DNA of 64,000 nt from Candidatus Binataceae bacterium (GCA_035541875.1 DATKML010000034.1:56367-120366); one strand, 5' to 3'. Shown: positions 20,548-31,357, counted from the first letter of the stretch. The notes: generated by a model from the sequence alone, not told the origin. Translations and numbers: made by a program.

Positions 20548-23500
20548 ATGGCGCGTAAGCGTATAAAAACCCTGGCTCATGAATGGAACGTCTCGGTCGA
20601 CGAAGTGTTGGCCAGTTGCGAGCGGCTGATGCTGCCGAACGCTCACTCGGAATCGGCGCTTCTCTCTCAAGAAGAGATCGATCGCGTTAAAGCCGAGATC
20701 GATGATCGCGTGCGACGCACCGCGATGCTCCGGCGTGAGACGGTGGTGGAGACAAGCTCCGGCACGGCAGTCGAAAAGCGACTGAATCCAAGCATCCTTC
20801 GCCGCCGCCACGCCGAACCCGCACCGGCACCCGTCGCCGCTGAGCCGTTTCATTTCGAAGCCCAACAGGCTGCTGCGCAGGAAGGGCCCTTCGTCGCGCC
20901 GATTTTCGACGAGCCTCTGAAGTTTGAGTCCGAGCCGCCTTCGCTTACGCTACCGGAACCTTCGATTGCTCCGGAACCAGTGTTCGCGCCGGAACCGCCG
21001 CCAGCAACCGTCGCAGCGCCTGCGACGGCAGTGGAGCCCCCGGCAGCACCATCGGCGGTTGAAGTTCAGGCGCCCGTCGCCGCCACGAACGGCGCAGTCG
21101 CTCCCGTATTCGAAGGGCCGGTCGCTCCAGCCCCTGCGGCTGAACAGCCGCCTGCTGCGCCGGTAGCTGCCGCGTCGCAGCCGACTCCGGCTGCCGAAAC
21201 TCGACCCGCGGTTCCATCAAAAGAAACCAAACCCGAGGCACCTCGTCAGGCGCCTACGCGACCTCCCTTCCAGCCGAGTGCAGGGCGCCAGCAGGGTGGT
21301 CCCGGTAGCGGCGTCTCCGTCATTCAACGGCGACCGGTCGAGCCGGGTCGGACCATCAATCTAACTGGTCGTGCTCATCCATCTGCACCCTCGCTTGATG
21401 AGGGCCAGACAGGACCGCGCGTCCTCGGCAAAATCGATCTGCGCAAAGCGGCTACACCGGCTAAGCCGGCGCCACCGACCGGAATCCGACCCGGCGGACC
21501 GCCGCGACCAGGTGTACCGCCCCGTCCGGGTGCACCCGTGCGCCCGGGAGCACCACCGCGACCCGGCGAACGTCGGTTCGGACCTCCTGCGATGCCCGGT
21601 CCAGATGCGTTCGGACCGCCGCCACCGGATTCGGCCAAGCCCGGCGCGCGCACGATCAAGAAGAAGAAGGTCGTTAAGAAGGGTGTTCCCGATGCCGCGA
21701 CTGAGCGCGAGATGCGTGGGCGTATTCCGCGCAAGAAACGCGCCCTGCCCGGCAAAGAGGTTTTCAAAACCGAAATTACGACGCCGAAGGCTTCCAAGCG
21801 CGTCGTCCGGATCTCCGAAGGCGTAACCGTGTCCGACCTCGCGCACAACATGGGCGTGAAGGCGGCTGAAATTATCAAGCAGCTGATGGGGCTCGGCGTG
21901 ATGTCGACGCTCAACCAGGTGCTCGACGTCGATACCGCCACGCTGGTGGCAAGCGAGTTCGGCTACAGCGTCGAGAATGTGGGCTTCGATGAGGAGTCGG
22001 CAATCGAGGAGGCCGAGGAAGTAACCGCCACGGGCGAAGCGGTGACCCGTCCGCCGGTCGTGACCGTGATGGGCCACGTCGACCACGGCAAAACCTCGCT
22101 GCTCGACGCAATCCGTCAGACCAATGTGACGGAGCGCGAGTTTGGCGGAATCACGCAACATATCGGCGCTTACATGGTCGAGATTCACGACCGCAAGATC
22201 AGCTTCGTCGATACGCCGGGCCACGAGGCGTTCACGGCGATGCGTGCGCGCGGCGCCAAGGTCACCGATATCGTCATCCTGGTGGTCGCCGCGGACGAGG
22301 GCGTGATGCCGCAGACGGTCGAAGCGCTCAACCATGCCAAAGCGGCCAACGTTCCAATTATTGTCGCGATCAACAAAATCGACCGGCCCGAGGCCAACGT
22401 CGATCGGGTGAAGCAGCAGCTCACCGAGCATGGCCTAATCGCTGAAGACTACGGCGGTGACGTAATTACCGTTCCTGTTTCGGCGCGCACCCGCGAGGGT
22501 ATCGAGCGGTTGCTCGAAATGATCCTACTGCAGGCCGACGTGATGGATCTCAAGGCCAATCCGAATCGCAGCGCTCGTGGTGCGGTTATCGAATCGCAGA
22601 TCGATCGTGGTCGCGGCCCAGTGGCTACGATCCTGATTCAGGAAGGTACCCTACGCACGGGAGATCCTTTTGTCTGCGGTACGTCGTACGGGCGCGTCCG
22701 CGCGATGCAGAACCATCTGGGCGATCGTGTCAGTGAGGCCACTCCCTCGACCCCGGTCGAAGTTTTCGGTCTCTCCAGCGTGCCTGAACCCGGTACCGCC
22801 TTTACCGCGGTAGCCGAGGAATCGAAGGCGCGTCAGGTCGCGGAGTTCCGTCGCTCGAAACAGCGCGACACTACGCTACAGCGGACCGCTCGCGTATCGC
22901 TCGAAGAGTTGAGCGAGAAGATGGCGGCGGGCGAGGTGAAGGAGTTGCGCGTCATTGTTAAGGGTGACGTGAACGGCTCCGTTGAAGCCTTGGCCGATTC
23001 GCTGCAGCGGCTCTCGACCGGCGAGGTCAAGCTCGAACTGATACACAAATCAGTCGGTGCGATTACCGAAACCGACGTTACGCTGGCCTCAGCCTCGGGC
23101 GCGATTATTATCGGCTTCAACGTACGCCCTGAGCAGAAGGCGACGCAGTTGGCGGAAAAAGAAGGCGTCGACATCCGCCTCTATACGATTATCTACGAGG
23201 TCATCAACGATATCCGCGAGGCGATGGAGGGTCTGCTCGCCCCGACTTATCGCGAGAAGAGCCTTGGCCGCGCGGAGATTCGTCAGACCTTCGTCGTGCA
23301 GGGCAATACGGTCGGCGGTGCGATGGTGCTCGACGGCAAGATCCTGCGCAGCGCCCGCGCGCGGCTGGTCCGCGATGGACGCGTCGTGTGGGAAGGCAAG
23401 ATCGGATCGTTGCGGCGCTTCAAAGACGACGCACGTGAAGTCCAGGCTGGCTACGAGTGCGGTATAGGGCTTGAGAACTTCAACGACCTCAAGCCGGGTG

Positions 23501-23598
23501 ACGTCGTCGAGGACTTCGAGATGGAAGCGGTATTGCGCAAGCTGACGCCGACTCGTCCAGAAGCAGCTCGCGGCGCCGGCGCTCCTGCTCAGCCGTAG
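20548..23598 (+). CDS. infB: Translation initiation factor IF-2.
   Basis: It has a long Pro/Ala-rich N-region and a GTPase domain ([26 protein letters not shown]), followed by the C-terminal beta-barrel domains. Confidence 0.95.
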   Translation: MARKRIKTLAHEWNVSVDEVLASCERLMLPNAHSESALLSQEEIDRVKAEIDDRVRRTAMLRRETVVETSSGTAVEKRLNPSILRRRHAEPAPAPVAAEPFHFEAQQAAAQEGPFVAPIFDEPLKFESEPPSLTLPEPSIAPEPVFAPEPPPATVAAPATAVEPPAAPSAVEVQAPVAATNGAVAPVFEGPVAPAPAAEQPPAAPVAAASQPTPAAETRPAVPSKETKPEAPRQAPTRPPFQPSAGRQQGGPGSGVSVIQRRPVEPGRTINLTGRAHPSAPSLDEGQTGPRVLGKIDLRKAATPAKPAPPTGIRPGGPPRPGVPPRPGAPVRPGAPPRPGERRFGPPAMPGPDAFGPPPPDSAKPGARTIKKKKVVKKGVPDAATEREMRGRIPRKKRALPGKEVFKTEITTPKASKRVVRISEGVTVSDLAHNMGVKAAEIIKQLMGLGVMSTLNQVLDVDTATLVASEFGYSVENVGFDEESAIEEAEEVTATGEAVTRPPVVTVMGHVDHGKTSLLDAIRQTNVTEREFGGITQHIGAYMVEIHDRKISFVDTPGHEAFTAMRARGAKVTDIVILVVAADEGVMPQTVEALNHAKAANVPIIVAINKIDRPEANVDRVKQQLTEHGLIAEDYGGDVITVPVSARTREGIERLLEMILLQADVMDLKANPNRSARGAVIESQIDRGRGPVATILIQEGTLRTGDPFVCGTSYGRVRAMQNHLGDRVSEATPSTPVEVFGLSSVPEPGTAFTAVAEESKARQVAEFRRSKQRDTTLQRTARVSLEELSEKMAAGEVKELRVIVKGDVNGSVEALADSLQRLSTGEVKLELIHKSVGAITETDVTLASASGAIIIGFNVRPEQKATQLAEKEGVDIRLYTIIYEVINDIREAMEGLLAPTYREKSLGRAEIRQTFVVQGNTVGGAMVLDGKILRSARARLVRDGRVVWEGKIGSLRRFKDDAREVQAGYECGIGLENFNDLKPGDVVEDFEMEAVLRKLTPTRPEAARGAGAPAQP

Positions 23599-23708
23599 CT
23601 GGTTCGTTTACGAGACCGTGGAAAAGGCAAGCCGTCGCCCCTCGCTTGCTCCAGATGATGGCATCCCTTCCCTTTAGCGAAGGGAACGATGGTTAGGTTC
23701 TCGGATCG

Positions 23709-23996
23709 ATGGTCGTTGGAGTTCTGCGCCTCACGCTTTTTCTGCCGGAGAACCATTCGTTGAAGGGCAAGCGCCATGTGATCCGCGCGATCAAAGATCG
23801 CGTGCGCAATAAGTTCAACGTTTCGATCGCCGAGTCGGCCGACCACGATATGTGGCAGCGCGCCGAACTCGGTATCTGCCAGGTCGGTAGTGATCGAGCC
23901 TTTGTCGATTCGGCGCTGCGCGAGGTCGTGAACTTTATCGATGCCCTCGGCCTTGCCCCTTTGGGTGAGGAATTTCTCGAAATTCTGAATTATTGA
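23709..23996 (+). CDS. DUF503 family protein (YlxP-like).
   Basis: It is a 95-aa protein in the conserved position between infB and rbfA. Confidence 0.7.
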   Translation: MVVGVLRLTLFLPENHSLKGKRHVIRAIKDRVRNKFNVSIAESADHDMWQRAELGICQVGSDRAFVDSALREVVNFIDALGLAPLGEEFLEILNY

Positions 23997-24053
23997 CTAG
24001 CGACGAACCGGCGCGCCCTTCGCACGTTCGCGCGCCAGGACTAAACTCGAATT

Positions 24054-24407
24054 ATGGAAAGCGATGGCAGACGGCCCGAACGGGTCGCTGAGATGGTGCT
24101 GCGGGAACTCTCCCAGATGCTGTTGCATGACCTGCGCGATCCTCGTCTGCGCGGCGTCACTCTGACACGCGTGAAGATGGCCGATGATCTGCGTCATGGC
24201 CGCGTTTTCTTTTCGCATCTGAGCGGAAGTTCACATGCGGCTGAGGCCGTTAAAGGCTTCCGCAGCGCGAGCGGCTTTATCCGTCGCTCGATCGGCCAAG
24301 CGCTCGGCCTGCGCTATACGCCCGACTTTGATTTCGAGTTCGACCCCGGAATCGAGAATGCCGCGCGAATTGATGCTCTGCTGCGCGAATCCCGCCCCAA
24401 AGCATAG
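24054..24407 (+). CDS. rbfA: Ribosome-binding factor A.
   Basis: The N-terminus RPERVAEMVLRELSQ is RbfA-like and the KH-like core is present. Confidence 0.85.
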   Translation: MESDGRRPERVAEMVLRELSQMLLHDLRDPRLRGVTLTRVKMADDLRHGRVFFSHLSGSSHAAEAVKGFRSASGFIRRSIGQALGLRYTPDFDFEFDPGIENAARIDALLRESRPKA

Positions 24408-24578
24408 CGTCGCCGCGCCGCCCTTTCTGCTTAGATTCTTCTCCTACCGGGAGAGGCCGCACGTGGCGGACGCCACGCAGGGGTGAGGGATGTATCTTCT
24501 CACCGGTCTTTTCCTTCAAGGAGGGGTGGGTGCAATGGTTAGGTTCTCCCTCTTTATCCGGTATCCTCGACCCTCCCG

Positions 24579-25466
24579 ATGCACGGCGTAATCATTATCG
24601 ATAAACCCTCCAGCCCCACCTCGGCCGAAATTGTTCGCTTGGTCAAATCGCGGCTCGGTCGCAAAACCCGCGTGGGCCATCTGGGGACGCTTGATCCTTT
24701 CGCGACCGGTGTCCTTCCTATCCTTGTTGGCGAAGGCACCAAGCTCGCGCCATTTATCGATAAAGGCGAGAAGGAATACACCGGAATAATCGTCTTGGGC
24801 TCCGAGACCGACACCCTCGATCGCACGGGCGAAGTAATCCGAACTGCACCGCTCCCACACCTCGATAATGATCGGCTGGATACGGTCGCGGCGCAGTTTG
24901 TTGGTACTATCCAGCAGATACCGCCAATCTTTTCCGCCATCAAGCGTGAAGGAGTACCGCTCTACAAGATGGCCCGACGCGGCGATGATGTGGAACCACC
25001 TGCGCCGCGTACCGTCGAAATCACTCGGCTCGAACTGCGCGCCGAGGGTCCTGATCGTGTCAGCTTCCTTGTGGCCTGTTCCTCGGGGATGTACGTCCGG
25101 TCGCTCGCGCGCGATATCGGAAACGCACTCGAGAGCGCCGGGCATCTGCTTGAATTGCGCCGCACTCGTAATGGCGAATTTGCAATTGCTCAAGCCGTGC
25201 CGCTGGCTGCCGCGTTGGAAGAGTTGGAGCGCAAGGATTACCACTCGATCGTCGGGATGCGAGAAGCTCTCAGCGCGCTACCGGAGGTGCAGATCGATCC
25301 GGCTACGGAACGGCGGCTCCGCAACGGCGATTCGCGCGCACTCGACGGTCTAGCCCCTCCCAATGCGAAATTCTATAAAGTAATCGCACGCGAAAATCTG
25401 GTCGCTGTCGCCGAACCAACCTCGCGCATCACGTCGGCAATCGCTCGCATCTTCAACCTGGATTAG
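24579..25466 (+). CDS. truB: tRNA pseudouridine(55) synthase.
   Basis: The catalytic Asp motif is GHLGTLDPFATGVL and a PUA-like C-terminus is present. Confidence 0.9.
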   Translation: MHGVIIIDKPSSPTSAEIVRLVKSRLGRKTRVGHLGTLDPFATGVLPILVGEGTKLAPFIDKGEKEYTGIIVLGSETDTLDRTGEVIRTAPLPHLDNDRLDTVAAQFVGTIQQIPPIFSAIKREGVPLYKMARRGDDVEPPAPRTVEITRLELRAEGPDRVSFLVACSSGMYVRSLARDIGNALESAGHLLELRRTRNGEFAIAQAVPLAAALEELERKDYHSIVGMREALSALPEVQIDPATERRLRNGDSRALDGLAPPNAKFYKVIARENLVAVAEPTSRITSAIARIFNLD

Positions 25467-25622
25467 GCGCGCTCCATTCCCCTTGCGCGTTTAGGCATCA
25501 ATGTCGTGCCTTTCGACGCGATGAAACATCGTTCACTCGATTGGAACTAATTGGGCATCTCTAGCAACTGGTTGTGATGGTTCCAGTCGGCGGATAGAAT
25601 CGAAAAACTCAAGAATTTTATC

Positions 25623-27998
25623 ATGGCTGCTAATGTAGACCGCCTCGCTCTAATCGAAGATATCTCCGCGATTGGTGGCGACCTTTCGGCTGATCTTCGT
25701 CAGACTCTCGACGCGATCGTAGGCACAATTGCGTCGCGGATGGAGGTCGAGGTCTGCTCGATCTATCTCTTCGATCCGCAGCGCGAGCGGCTGGTGCTAC
25801 GCGCGACGTTAGGTCTCGATCGGGAATCCGTCGGACGGGTCTCGATGCGCGTCAACGAGGGCCTTGTTGGGCTCGCGATCGAGAGCAGCGATGCTGTCGT
25901 CGTGGCGGACGCGATGAGCCATCCGCGGTACAAGTACTTCCCGGAAACTGGCGAGGAGCGCTATCACACCCTGGTCGCAGTGCCGATCGAAGAGGCGCGC
26001 CAGAAGCCCATCGGAGTGCTCACGGTTCAGACGCTGCGCCGCCGCAAATTTTCCAAGACTGAAGTGCGCCTGTTGCGGGCCGCGGCCGCACAGCTCGCCC
26101 AGATCATGTCCCACTTCCACTTGCGGGAAACGCTTGCCACCAAGGAGAAGGAACGCGACGAGTATCGCCGGCGGATGATCGAGGCAAATCGCCAGCTCAA
26201 AGGCTATGAGAAGGTGCGCGGCACTACGCGTGTCGCGACGCCGACCAAGGTGCGCCATCCGCGATTAGTCGGGCTGCCTGCAGCTCCCGGCTTCGCGCGC
26301 GGAATCGCCCACGTCGTGGGCACCTTCATGAGCACTATCGACCGCAACCTGCGTGCGCGCGAGGCAAAAACGGAGCTGAAGCGGCTCGACGATGCGCTGG
26401 TTCGATCACGCAACGAATTGGAAGCGTTGCGCGATCGGATGGAGCCGCTGATGGCCGAGGCGGACCTGAAGATCTTCGACAGCCATCGCTTGATACTCGA
26501 GGACGAAGAATTCGTCGCGCGCGTCCGCGATACGATCGCGGCCGGCTATGCCGCGGAGAGTTCACTCTTTCGCGTAATCGACGAGCTCAGCGCCCAGATG
26601 CTCGCTGTCGCCGACGCCTATCTGCGCGAGCGTGCAACCGATTTCCGCGATATCGGTCATCGCGTGCTGCGCCATCTGCGGCAGGAAGAGGGCAAAGGTG
26701 CCTTCTCCAAAGCCACTATCCTGGTTGCGGAGGAGCTGACGCTCTCACAGATGACGCTGGTATCGCACGAGAATCTCGTGGGTATAGCGCTGCAATCCGG
26801 CGGTGTAACCTCGCATGCTGCCCTACTCGCCCGCGCTTTCGAGTTGCCAACTGTCGTTGGCGTGGAGCATCTGATGGAGGCCGTCGCTGAAGGCGATACG
26901 CTCGTAATTGACGGCAACTCGGGCATCCTCTACGTGAACCCCAGCGCCGAGGTCGAGCGCGAATACCAGCTGCTGCACAAGCGTTACGATGCTTTCAGGA
27001 AAGAGCTGATAGAGGGACAGCCCACTCCAGCCGCCACGCGCGACGGCCATCGGGTGCACATGCTCGCCAATATCGCGCTGCTCCCGGATATCCGCCTCGC
27101 GCTGCGTTACGGTGCTGAGGGGATCGGCCTGATGCGATCGGAGTTTTCGTTTCTCACTTACGAAGACTTCCCCGACGAGCAACAGCAACTAAGTCTCTAC
27201 AACCGGATGCTCGATGAGATCGGCGATCGCCCGGTCACCCTGCGAACTCTCGATATCGGCGCTGACAAGTATCCGCCGTACATGCGCGTACCGCGCGAGG
27301 ATAATCCGTTTCTCGGCTGGCGCTCGATTCGAATCTCCCTGGAAATGCCGGGCATCTTCAAGGTTCAGCTGCGGGCGATTCTGCGGGCGGCGGCGCGGCA
27401 TAAGGTGCGGCTGCTCTTTCCGATGATTTCGAGCATCGAGGAACTCTATCGGGCACGCGAAATTCTGGCGGAAGCCAAGACTGAGCTTTACAACGAAGGG
27501 CTCGAGCACAATCCGTCGATCGAAGTCGGCATCATGATCGAGGTGCCGTCGGCGGTATGGCTGGCACCGCGACTCGTCCGCGAAGTCGATTTTATTTCGC
27601 TCGGCACCAATGACCTGATTCAGTACCTGCTTGCCGCCGATCGCAACAATCCCAAGGTCGCCCATCTGTACGAGCCGCTCCATCCGGCGGTGCTATCGGC
27701 GATCGCTGAGGTTATCAACGTAGCCCGCGGCGCCGGCAAAGAAGTCTGCCTTTGCGGCGAGATGGCCAGTGACCCGATGACCACCTTGTTGCTCGTCGGG
27801 ATGGGCCTCGATCAGCTGAGTTTGAGCCCGCTTTTTATCCCCGTCGTCGGCAAGCTGGTACGCGAAGCGAGCTACCAGACAGCGCGCCACATCGCTCATG
27901 ATGTACTGCAAATGGCGAGCGTAAAGGATATTAAAGGCTACCTAATAGAACGATATCGCGATTTAGGTCTAGTTTCCCTGCTTGAGATGTATCGTTAG
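25623..27998 (+). CDS. ptsP: GAF-domain phosphoenolpyruvate-protein phosphotransferase (Enzyme I-Ntr).
   Basis: It has an N-terminal GAF domain, a PEP-utilizing phospho-His region (GGVTSHAALLARAFELPTVVG) and a C-terminal PEP-binding TIM barrel. Confidence 0.85.
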   Translation: MAANVDRLALIEDISAIGGDLSADLRQTLDAIVGTIASRMEVEVCSIYLFDPQRERLVLRATLGLDRESVGRVSMRVNEGLVGLAIESSDAVVVADAMSHPRYKYFPETGEERYHTLVAVPIEEARQKPIGVLTVQTLRRRKFSKTEVRLLRAAAAQLAQIMSHFHLRETLATKEKERDEYRRRMIEANRQLKGYEKVRGTTRVATPTKVRHPRLVGLPAAPGFARGIAHVVGTFMSTIDRNLRAREAKTELKRLDDALVRSRNELEALRDRMEPLMAEADLKIFDSHRLILEDEEFVARVRDTIAAGYAAESSLFRVIDELSAQMLAVADAYLRERATDFRDIGHRVLRHLRQEEGKGAFSKATILVAEELTLSQMTLVSHENLVGIALQSGGVTSHAALLARAFELPTVVGVEHLMEAVAEGDTLVIDGNSGILYVNPSAEVEREYQLLHKRYDAFRKELIEGQPTPAATRDGHRVHMLANIALLPDIRLALRYGAEGIGLMRSEFSFLTYEDFPDEQQQLSLYNRMLDEIGDRPVTLRTLDIGADKYPPYMRVPREDNPFLGWRSIRISLEMPGIFKVQLRAILRAAARHKVRLLFPMISSIEELYRAREILAEAKTELYNEGLEHNPSIEVGIMIEVPSAVWLAPRLVREVDFISLGTNDLIQYLLAADRNNPKVAHLYEPLHPAVLSAIAEVINVARGAGKEVCLCGEMASDPMTTLLLVGMGLDQLSLSPLFIPVVGKLVREASYQTARHIAHDVLQMASVKDIKGYLIERYRDLGLVSLLEMYR

Positions 27999-28001
27999 GC
28001 C

Positions 28002-28029
28002 AAAACCCTTGTTTATAAAGGGTTTTTTG
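28002..28029 (+). terminator. Rho-independent terminator after ptsP.
   Basis: The hairpin is AAACCCTT-GTTTAT-AAGGGTTT followed by a TTTT tract. Confidence 0.6.
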
Positions 28030-28153
28030 CCCAGTTGATCAAAATTCACTTATTAAGCATTGTTAATGCACGAGGGTACTTAATTTTTTCTGACCGTTCG
28101 GTTAGAGATAGTATTTACCGCATGTCATACTGAGGGGCGGTAGAGGGGTAAAT

Positions 28154-30028
28154 TTGATGATCGTCCTGTTTGCAAGTCTGATCGTTCTGGCGGGAGCCGG
28201 TACACTTCTTTATTACATCATCGGACATCAGCGCTATGGCAAGAACGACCCGGCCGAGCTGTTGCAACTGACTGGTAGCGAGAAGGCTTCCAGCAACGGA
28301 GTTCTGCGACCGGAGCCATGCCGCACGGTCCGCGTCTATTTCATCAAGCCGTCGAAATACGATGAGAACGGCTACGTGCAGTTCTTTCGTTACGGCGTGC
28401 AGCCCAATAACACCCTGACGGTGCTACGGGCGCTGAATGAGACCTTCAATCGCAATAACACGGCTCAACGCAATGTCTATCTCGAAACGATAATTTGGGA
28501 CGAGATCTGTGACGGCGTGGTGAGCCCGCAGACGATCGATGCGATCAAGGAAAAGGCAGCCGAAGACGGCGTCGAACTCCTGATCGGGTTGGCCGGCGTT
28601 CAATCGAATCAGTACCCGCGTGGCCGCGACCTGGCGCTTCAGTTCGTCGCCAAGGGCATGACCACGATGATGGGTGGTTTCCACGTCAGCGGTTACCCTG
28701 AATCGAGGGAGTTTCTCAACGGATGCGGTATCACGACGATCGTCGGTGAAGCTGAAAATCTTTGGCCTCATATCGTTGAGGACTATCTCCGCGGCGAGCT
28801 GCAGAAGAACTATTCAGTGAAGGACGGAATACGGGCGAAGACTGGCCGCGACGACATAATCGTGCCTGTCATCACCGAATCGCAGCTGCCCGTAATCGAC
28901 GATCGGTACCTGACGCGCTTCTTTAGCCCGACGCTCACCACGATCGATACGTCTCGTGGATGCCCCTTCACCTGCTCTTATTGCAGCGTGAAGAACGTGA
29001 TGGGCCGGACGATGCGCTCGCGGGAACCCAACGCCGTCGTGCAGTGGGTCTACGACGCGGTCCGTAACCATGGAATCGAATCGCTCTTCCTGGTCGACGA
29101 CGATTTCTTCCGCAGCCCGCGATGGGAAGAAATTCTGCTCGGACTCGTCGAACTGAAGAAAGAGTTCCCGAAGTTCTGCTTCATGATGCAGGTCGATGTC
29201 GACGCCTCCTGCTACGCGAATATCGCAGAGGGCGAGACCGAGGGCGCTAAGCATCGCCGCAGCCGTCGCTTTGTCGAACTGGCAGCGCGCGCTGGATGCT
29301 ACGAGGCTTTCGTCGGTATCGAATCCCTGAATCCCGATAACTTGAACCACGCGACCAAGTACCAGAACACCGAAGACCGGCAGCATAAGCTGACACTAGA
29401 AGATGCGCGGATACGCGTGCTGAACAAGTATCGCCGCGTGGTCGAGAACTGGCACAAAGTCGGCGTGGCCGTGCATGCCGGATATATGCTGGGCTTCCCG
29501 TTCGACGGCCCGGATTGCGGACGCGTCGCGGCAAAGACCCTCAAGAAGCTCGGTTTCGACATGGCGTCGTTCTTCATCATGACGCCGCTGCCGGGTACTG
29601 AGGATCAGATCCGCTATGCGAAGGAAGGCGAGATTATCGATTGGGATTTCAATAATCTGGACTCCCAACACGTTACCCTCAGCCACCCGAAACTCACCAA
29701 GAATGGCTGGCTCTCAGCCTACGAAGACGCTTACAAGGGCTTCTATTCGTTTGGTCGGCTCCTGCACATGATCTTCACGATCGCAGGGGGTCGTGGCCTT
29801 GCGGCGGAGACCCGTCGCGCGGTGATGCGCCAGTGGACCTACTATTTCTTCAGCTATCGCCAGGGACGCCATCCAATGGTCGGTGGCGTTTGGCAGATCC
29901 TGCGCCGCGATGTCCGCCGTAACGGCGTAGTTACCGATGAAGATGCACACCGCCACTACCTCGGCGGTCGGCGCTTCGACGCCATCCTGCGAGGCGAAGG
30001 CGATCAATTCGCGGCGGCCCCCGCGTAA
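28154..30028 (+). CDS. B12-binding-domain (class B) radical SAM protein with an N-terminal TM helix.
   Basis: The CxxxCxxC motif is RGCPFTCSYC. A Rossmann-like B12-type domain lies upstream (LIGLAGVQSNQYPRGRDLALQFVAKG...GGFHVSG). The N-terminal helix is MMIVLFASLIVLAGAGTLLYYII. Confidence 0.8.
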   Translation: MMIVLFASLIVLAGAGTLLYYIIGHQRYGKNDPAELLQLTGSEKASSNGVLRPEPCRTVRVYFIKPSKYDENGYVQFFRYGVQPNNTLTVLRALNETFNRNNTAQRNVYLETIIWDEICDGVVSPQTIDAIKEKAAEDGVELLIGLAGVQSNQYPRGRDLALQFVAKGMTTMMGGFHVSGYPESREFLNGCGITTIVGEAENLWPHIVEDYLRGELQKNYSVKDGIRAKTGRDDIIVPVITESQLPVIDDRYLTRFFSPTLTTIDTSRGCPFTCSYCSVKNVMGRTMRSREPNAVVQWVYDAVRNHGIESLFLVDDDFFRSPRWEEILLGLVELKKEFPKFCFMMQVDVDASCYANIAEGETEGAKHRRSRRFVELAARAGCYEAFVGIESLNPDNLNHATKYQNTEDRQHKLTLEDARIRVLNKYRRVVENWHKVGVAVHAGYMLGFPFDGPDCGRVAAKTLKKLGFDMASFFIMTPLPGTEDQIRYAKEGEIIDWDFNNLDSQHVTLSHPKLTKNGWLSAYEDAYKGFYSFGRLLHMIFTIAGGRGLAAETRRAVMRQWTYYFFSYRQGRHPMVGGVWQILRRDVRRNGVVTDEDAHRHYLGGRRFDAILRGEGDQFAAAPA

Positions 30029-30054
30029 ACCCGGGGCCACAATGCTTGATTCAA

Positions 30055-30088
30055 AAAGCGTCCTCTACCAAGAGGACGCTTTTTTTTG
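30055..30088 (+). terminator. Strong rho-independent terminator after the radical SAM gene.
   Basis: The hairpin is AGCGTCCTCT-ACCA-AGAGGACGCT followed by TTTTTTT. Confidence 0.8.
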
Positions 30089-30118
30089 GCGAGGATTAAT
30101 TCGCCACAAAGGAGCGGG

Positions 30119-30289
30119 ATGGGAAATCATCCACTGTCGTCAGGAATCATCGGCCTGTTAGTCGTAATTGTGATTTTTCTTCTGATCCGCGAAGTCGTAT
30201 GCTGGTATTGGAAGATCAATCGGATGGTCGAGCTGCTCGAGAGTATCGATAACCGCCTGCGCGAGAACGGAACCCGCAATGGTAACTGA
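30119..30289 (+). CDS. Small single-pass membrane protein (56 aa), hypothetical.
   Basis: The ATG at 30119 is preceded by AAAGGAG. The hydrophobic stretch is GIIGLLVVIVIFLLI. It overlaps the start of the next gene by 11 nt. The listed ORF begins at a TTG inside the terminator T-tract, which is unlikely. Confidence 0.5.
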   Translation: MGNHPLSSGIIGLLVVIVIFLLIREVVCWYWKINRMVELLESIDNRLRENGTRNGN

Positions 30290-30551
30290 AGCCCAAATCG
30301 ACTCCTTGGCGTCGCGACTGGTGCGCGGACTGATCGAGCGCGGCGCTATCAAACCGAAGGCCGACGAAAAAGAACTGGTAGCCTGCGTCGTCGAGCTGAT
30401 GTCGGCGAATTTCGAGGAAGAAGCGCGTATCGACGACGAGGCTGACCGTCAGGCCGAAGTGCTGGCGCGGCAGAATCCGGGTGTCGACGCCGCCAAACTG
30501 CGCGCCGGAATCCGCACCCGGCTCGCCCAAAAGAAGGACTTCCCACTGTAA
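30279..30551 (+). CDS. DUF507 family protein.
   Basis: It is a 90-aa charged helical protein and is paralogous in architecture to the adjacent ORF. Confidence 0.65.
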   Translation: MVTEAQIDSLASRLVRGLIERGAIKPKADEKELVACVVELMSANFEEEARIDDEADRQAEVLARQNPGVDAAKLRAGIRTRLAQKKDFPL

Positions 30552-30556
30552 AGCTT

Positions 30557-30835
30557 ATGCGCCTTAGCGAAGCCCGTATCTTATATCTGGCCCGCGAATC
30601 CCTGGCCCGCCTTCGCGACGAAAAACTTGTAGAAATTCCAAACTTTCAGGTTGCCCTGCGCATCGGCCGTGAGGTGCTTGAAAAGCAAGTCGAGGAAGGC
30701 GATGCCGTCGACGCGATCGTGCGCCGTAAGATCGCATCGTTGAAGCGCGGTGTAGTCGAAGGGGGCTCCGAATGGGCGATCCTGTATCGACGCTATCGCG
30801 ACGAGGAGCTACGTAAAAAAGGACCGGGACGGTAG
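30557..30835 (+). CDS. DUF507 family protein (second copy).
   Basis: It is 92 aa and lies in tandem with the first DUF507 copy with a 5-nt gap. Confidence 0.65.
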   Translation: MRLSEARILYLARESLARLRDEKLVEIPNFQVALRIGREVLEKQVEEGDAVDAIVRRKIASLKRGVVEGGSEWAILYRRYRDEELRKKGPGR

Positions 30836-30855
30836 AGAAGTCTCACTGAGCAGCC

Positions 30856-31341
30856 GTGTTCTTGCTTCAATTGGGGTTGATGTTTCTGATCGGAGTGGCC
30901 GGAGCATTGCGCTTGCCGTGGCACGTCAGTTTCAGACTGATGATTTTCGTAACGCTATTCGGCGAAATTGTTCTTTTTCTTCCTTCCGATACCAAGCTGC
31001 TTTTTGACCCAACTGCTTGGCTCATTTTCGTCATCTTCTTCTTATTCGGCGTAATTTTGGCCGGCATACGAGCCGTCGTTTTGGGAGGCATTGGTTGGCA
31101 AGTCGGCCGCCGTTATTTATTGCCGTATCTCTTGTCGCTCACTCTCTCGAAGCCGCTTATCCGATTGATCGGCACTGGGTTGGATGCCTTGACCGCTGGA
31201 AGCCTCGGTCTACTGGCCCGCTACTTGTGGGCGTTCGAATGGCGAACTATCAGTGCCTTCATAGCTGGCGGGGCAGTTGCAGGCCTCATCGTTGCCAGCG
31301 ACCTAGTCGACTGCAATCCATCTTCACAAGTCGGTATCTAA
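30856..31341 (+). CDS. Hypothetical polytopic membrane protein.
   Basis: It is 161 aa with 4-5 predicted hydrophobic helices and is the last gene of the small-TM/DUF507 cluster. Confidence 0.5.
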   Translation: MFLLQLGLMFLIGVAGALRLPWHVSFRLMIFVTLFGEIVLFLPSDTKLLFDPTAWLIFVIFFLFGVILAGIRAVVLGGIGWQVGRRYLLPYLLSLTLSKPLIRLIGTGLDALTAGSLGLLARYLWAFEWRTISAFIAGGAVAGLIVASDLVDCNPSSQVGI

Positions 31342-31357
31342 GGCTCGTCGAGTCCCG

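Noticed and set aside
20900-21650. Tandem APAP/PRPG-like nucleotide repeats (possible repeat array or CRISPR-like periodicity)
   Set aside because: It is a low-complexity coding repeat inside the IF-2 N-terminal linker. It lacks spacer structure and is not a CRISPR array.
20924-22431. Several long ORFs (356 aa, 188 aa, 151 aa) overlapping infB on both strands
   Set aside because: The Pro/Arg/Gly-rich translations arise from the Pro/Ala-rich region of IF-2 read in other frames. IF-2 itself is unambiguous.
24516-25244. 242-aa minus-strand ORF
   Set aside because: It is antisense to truB.
30086-30118. N-terminal extension of the small membrane protein from a TTG
   Set aside because: The TTG lies inside the terminator T-tract of the upstream gene. 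The ATG at 30119 with an AAAGGAG RBS is far more plausible.
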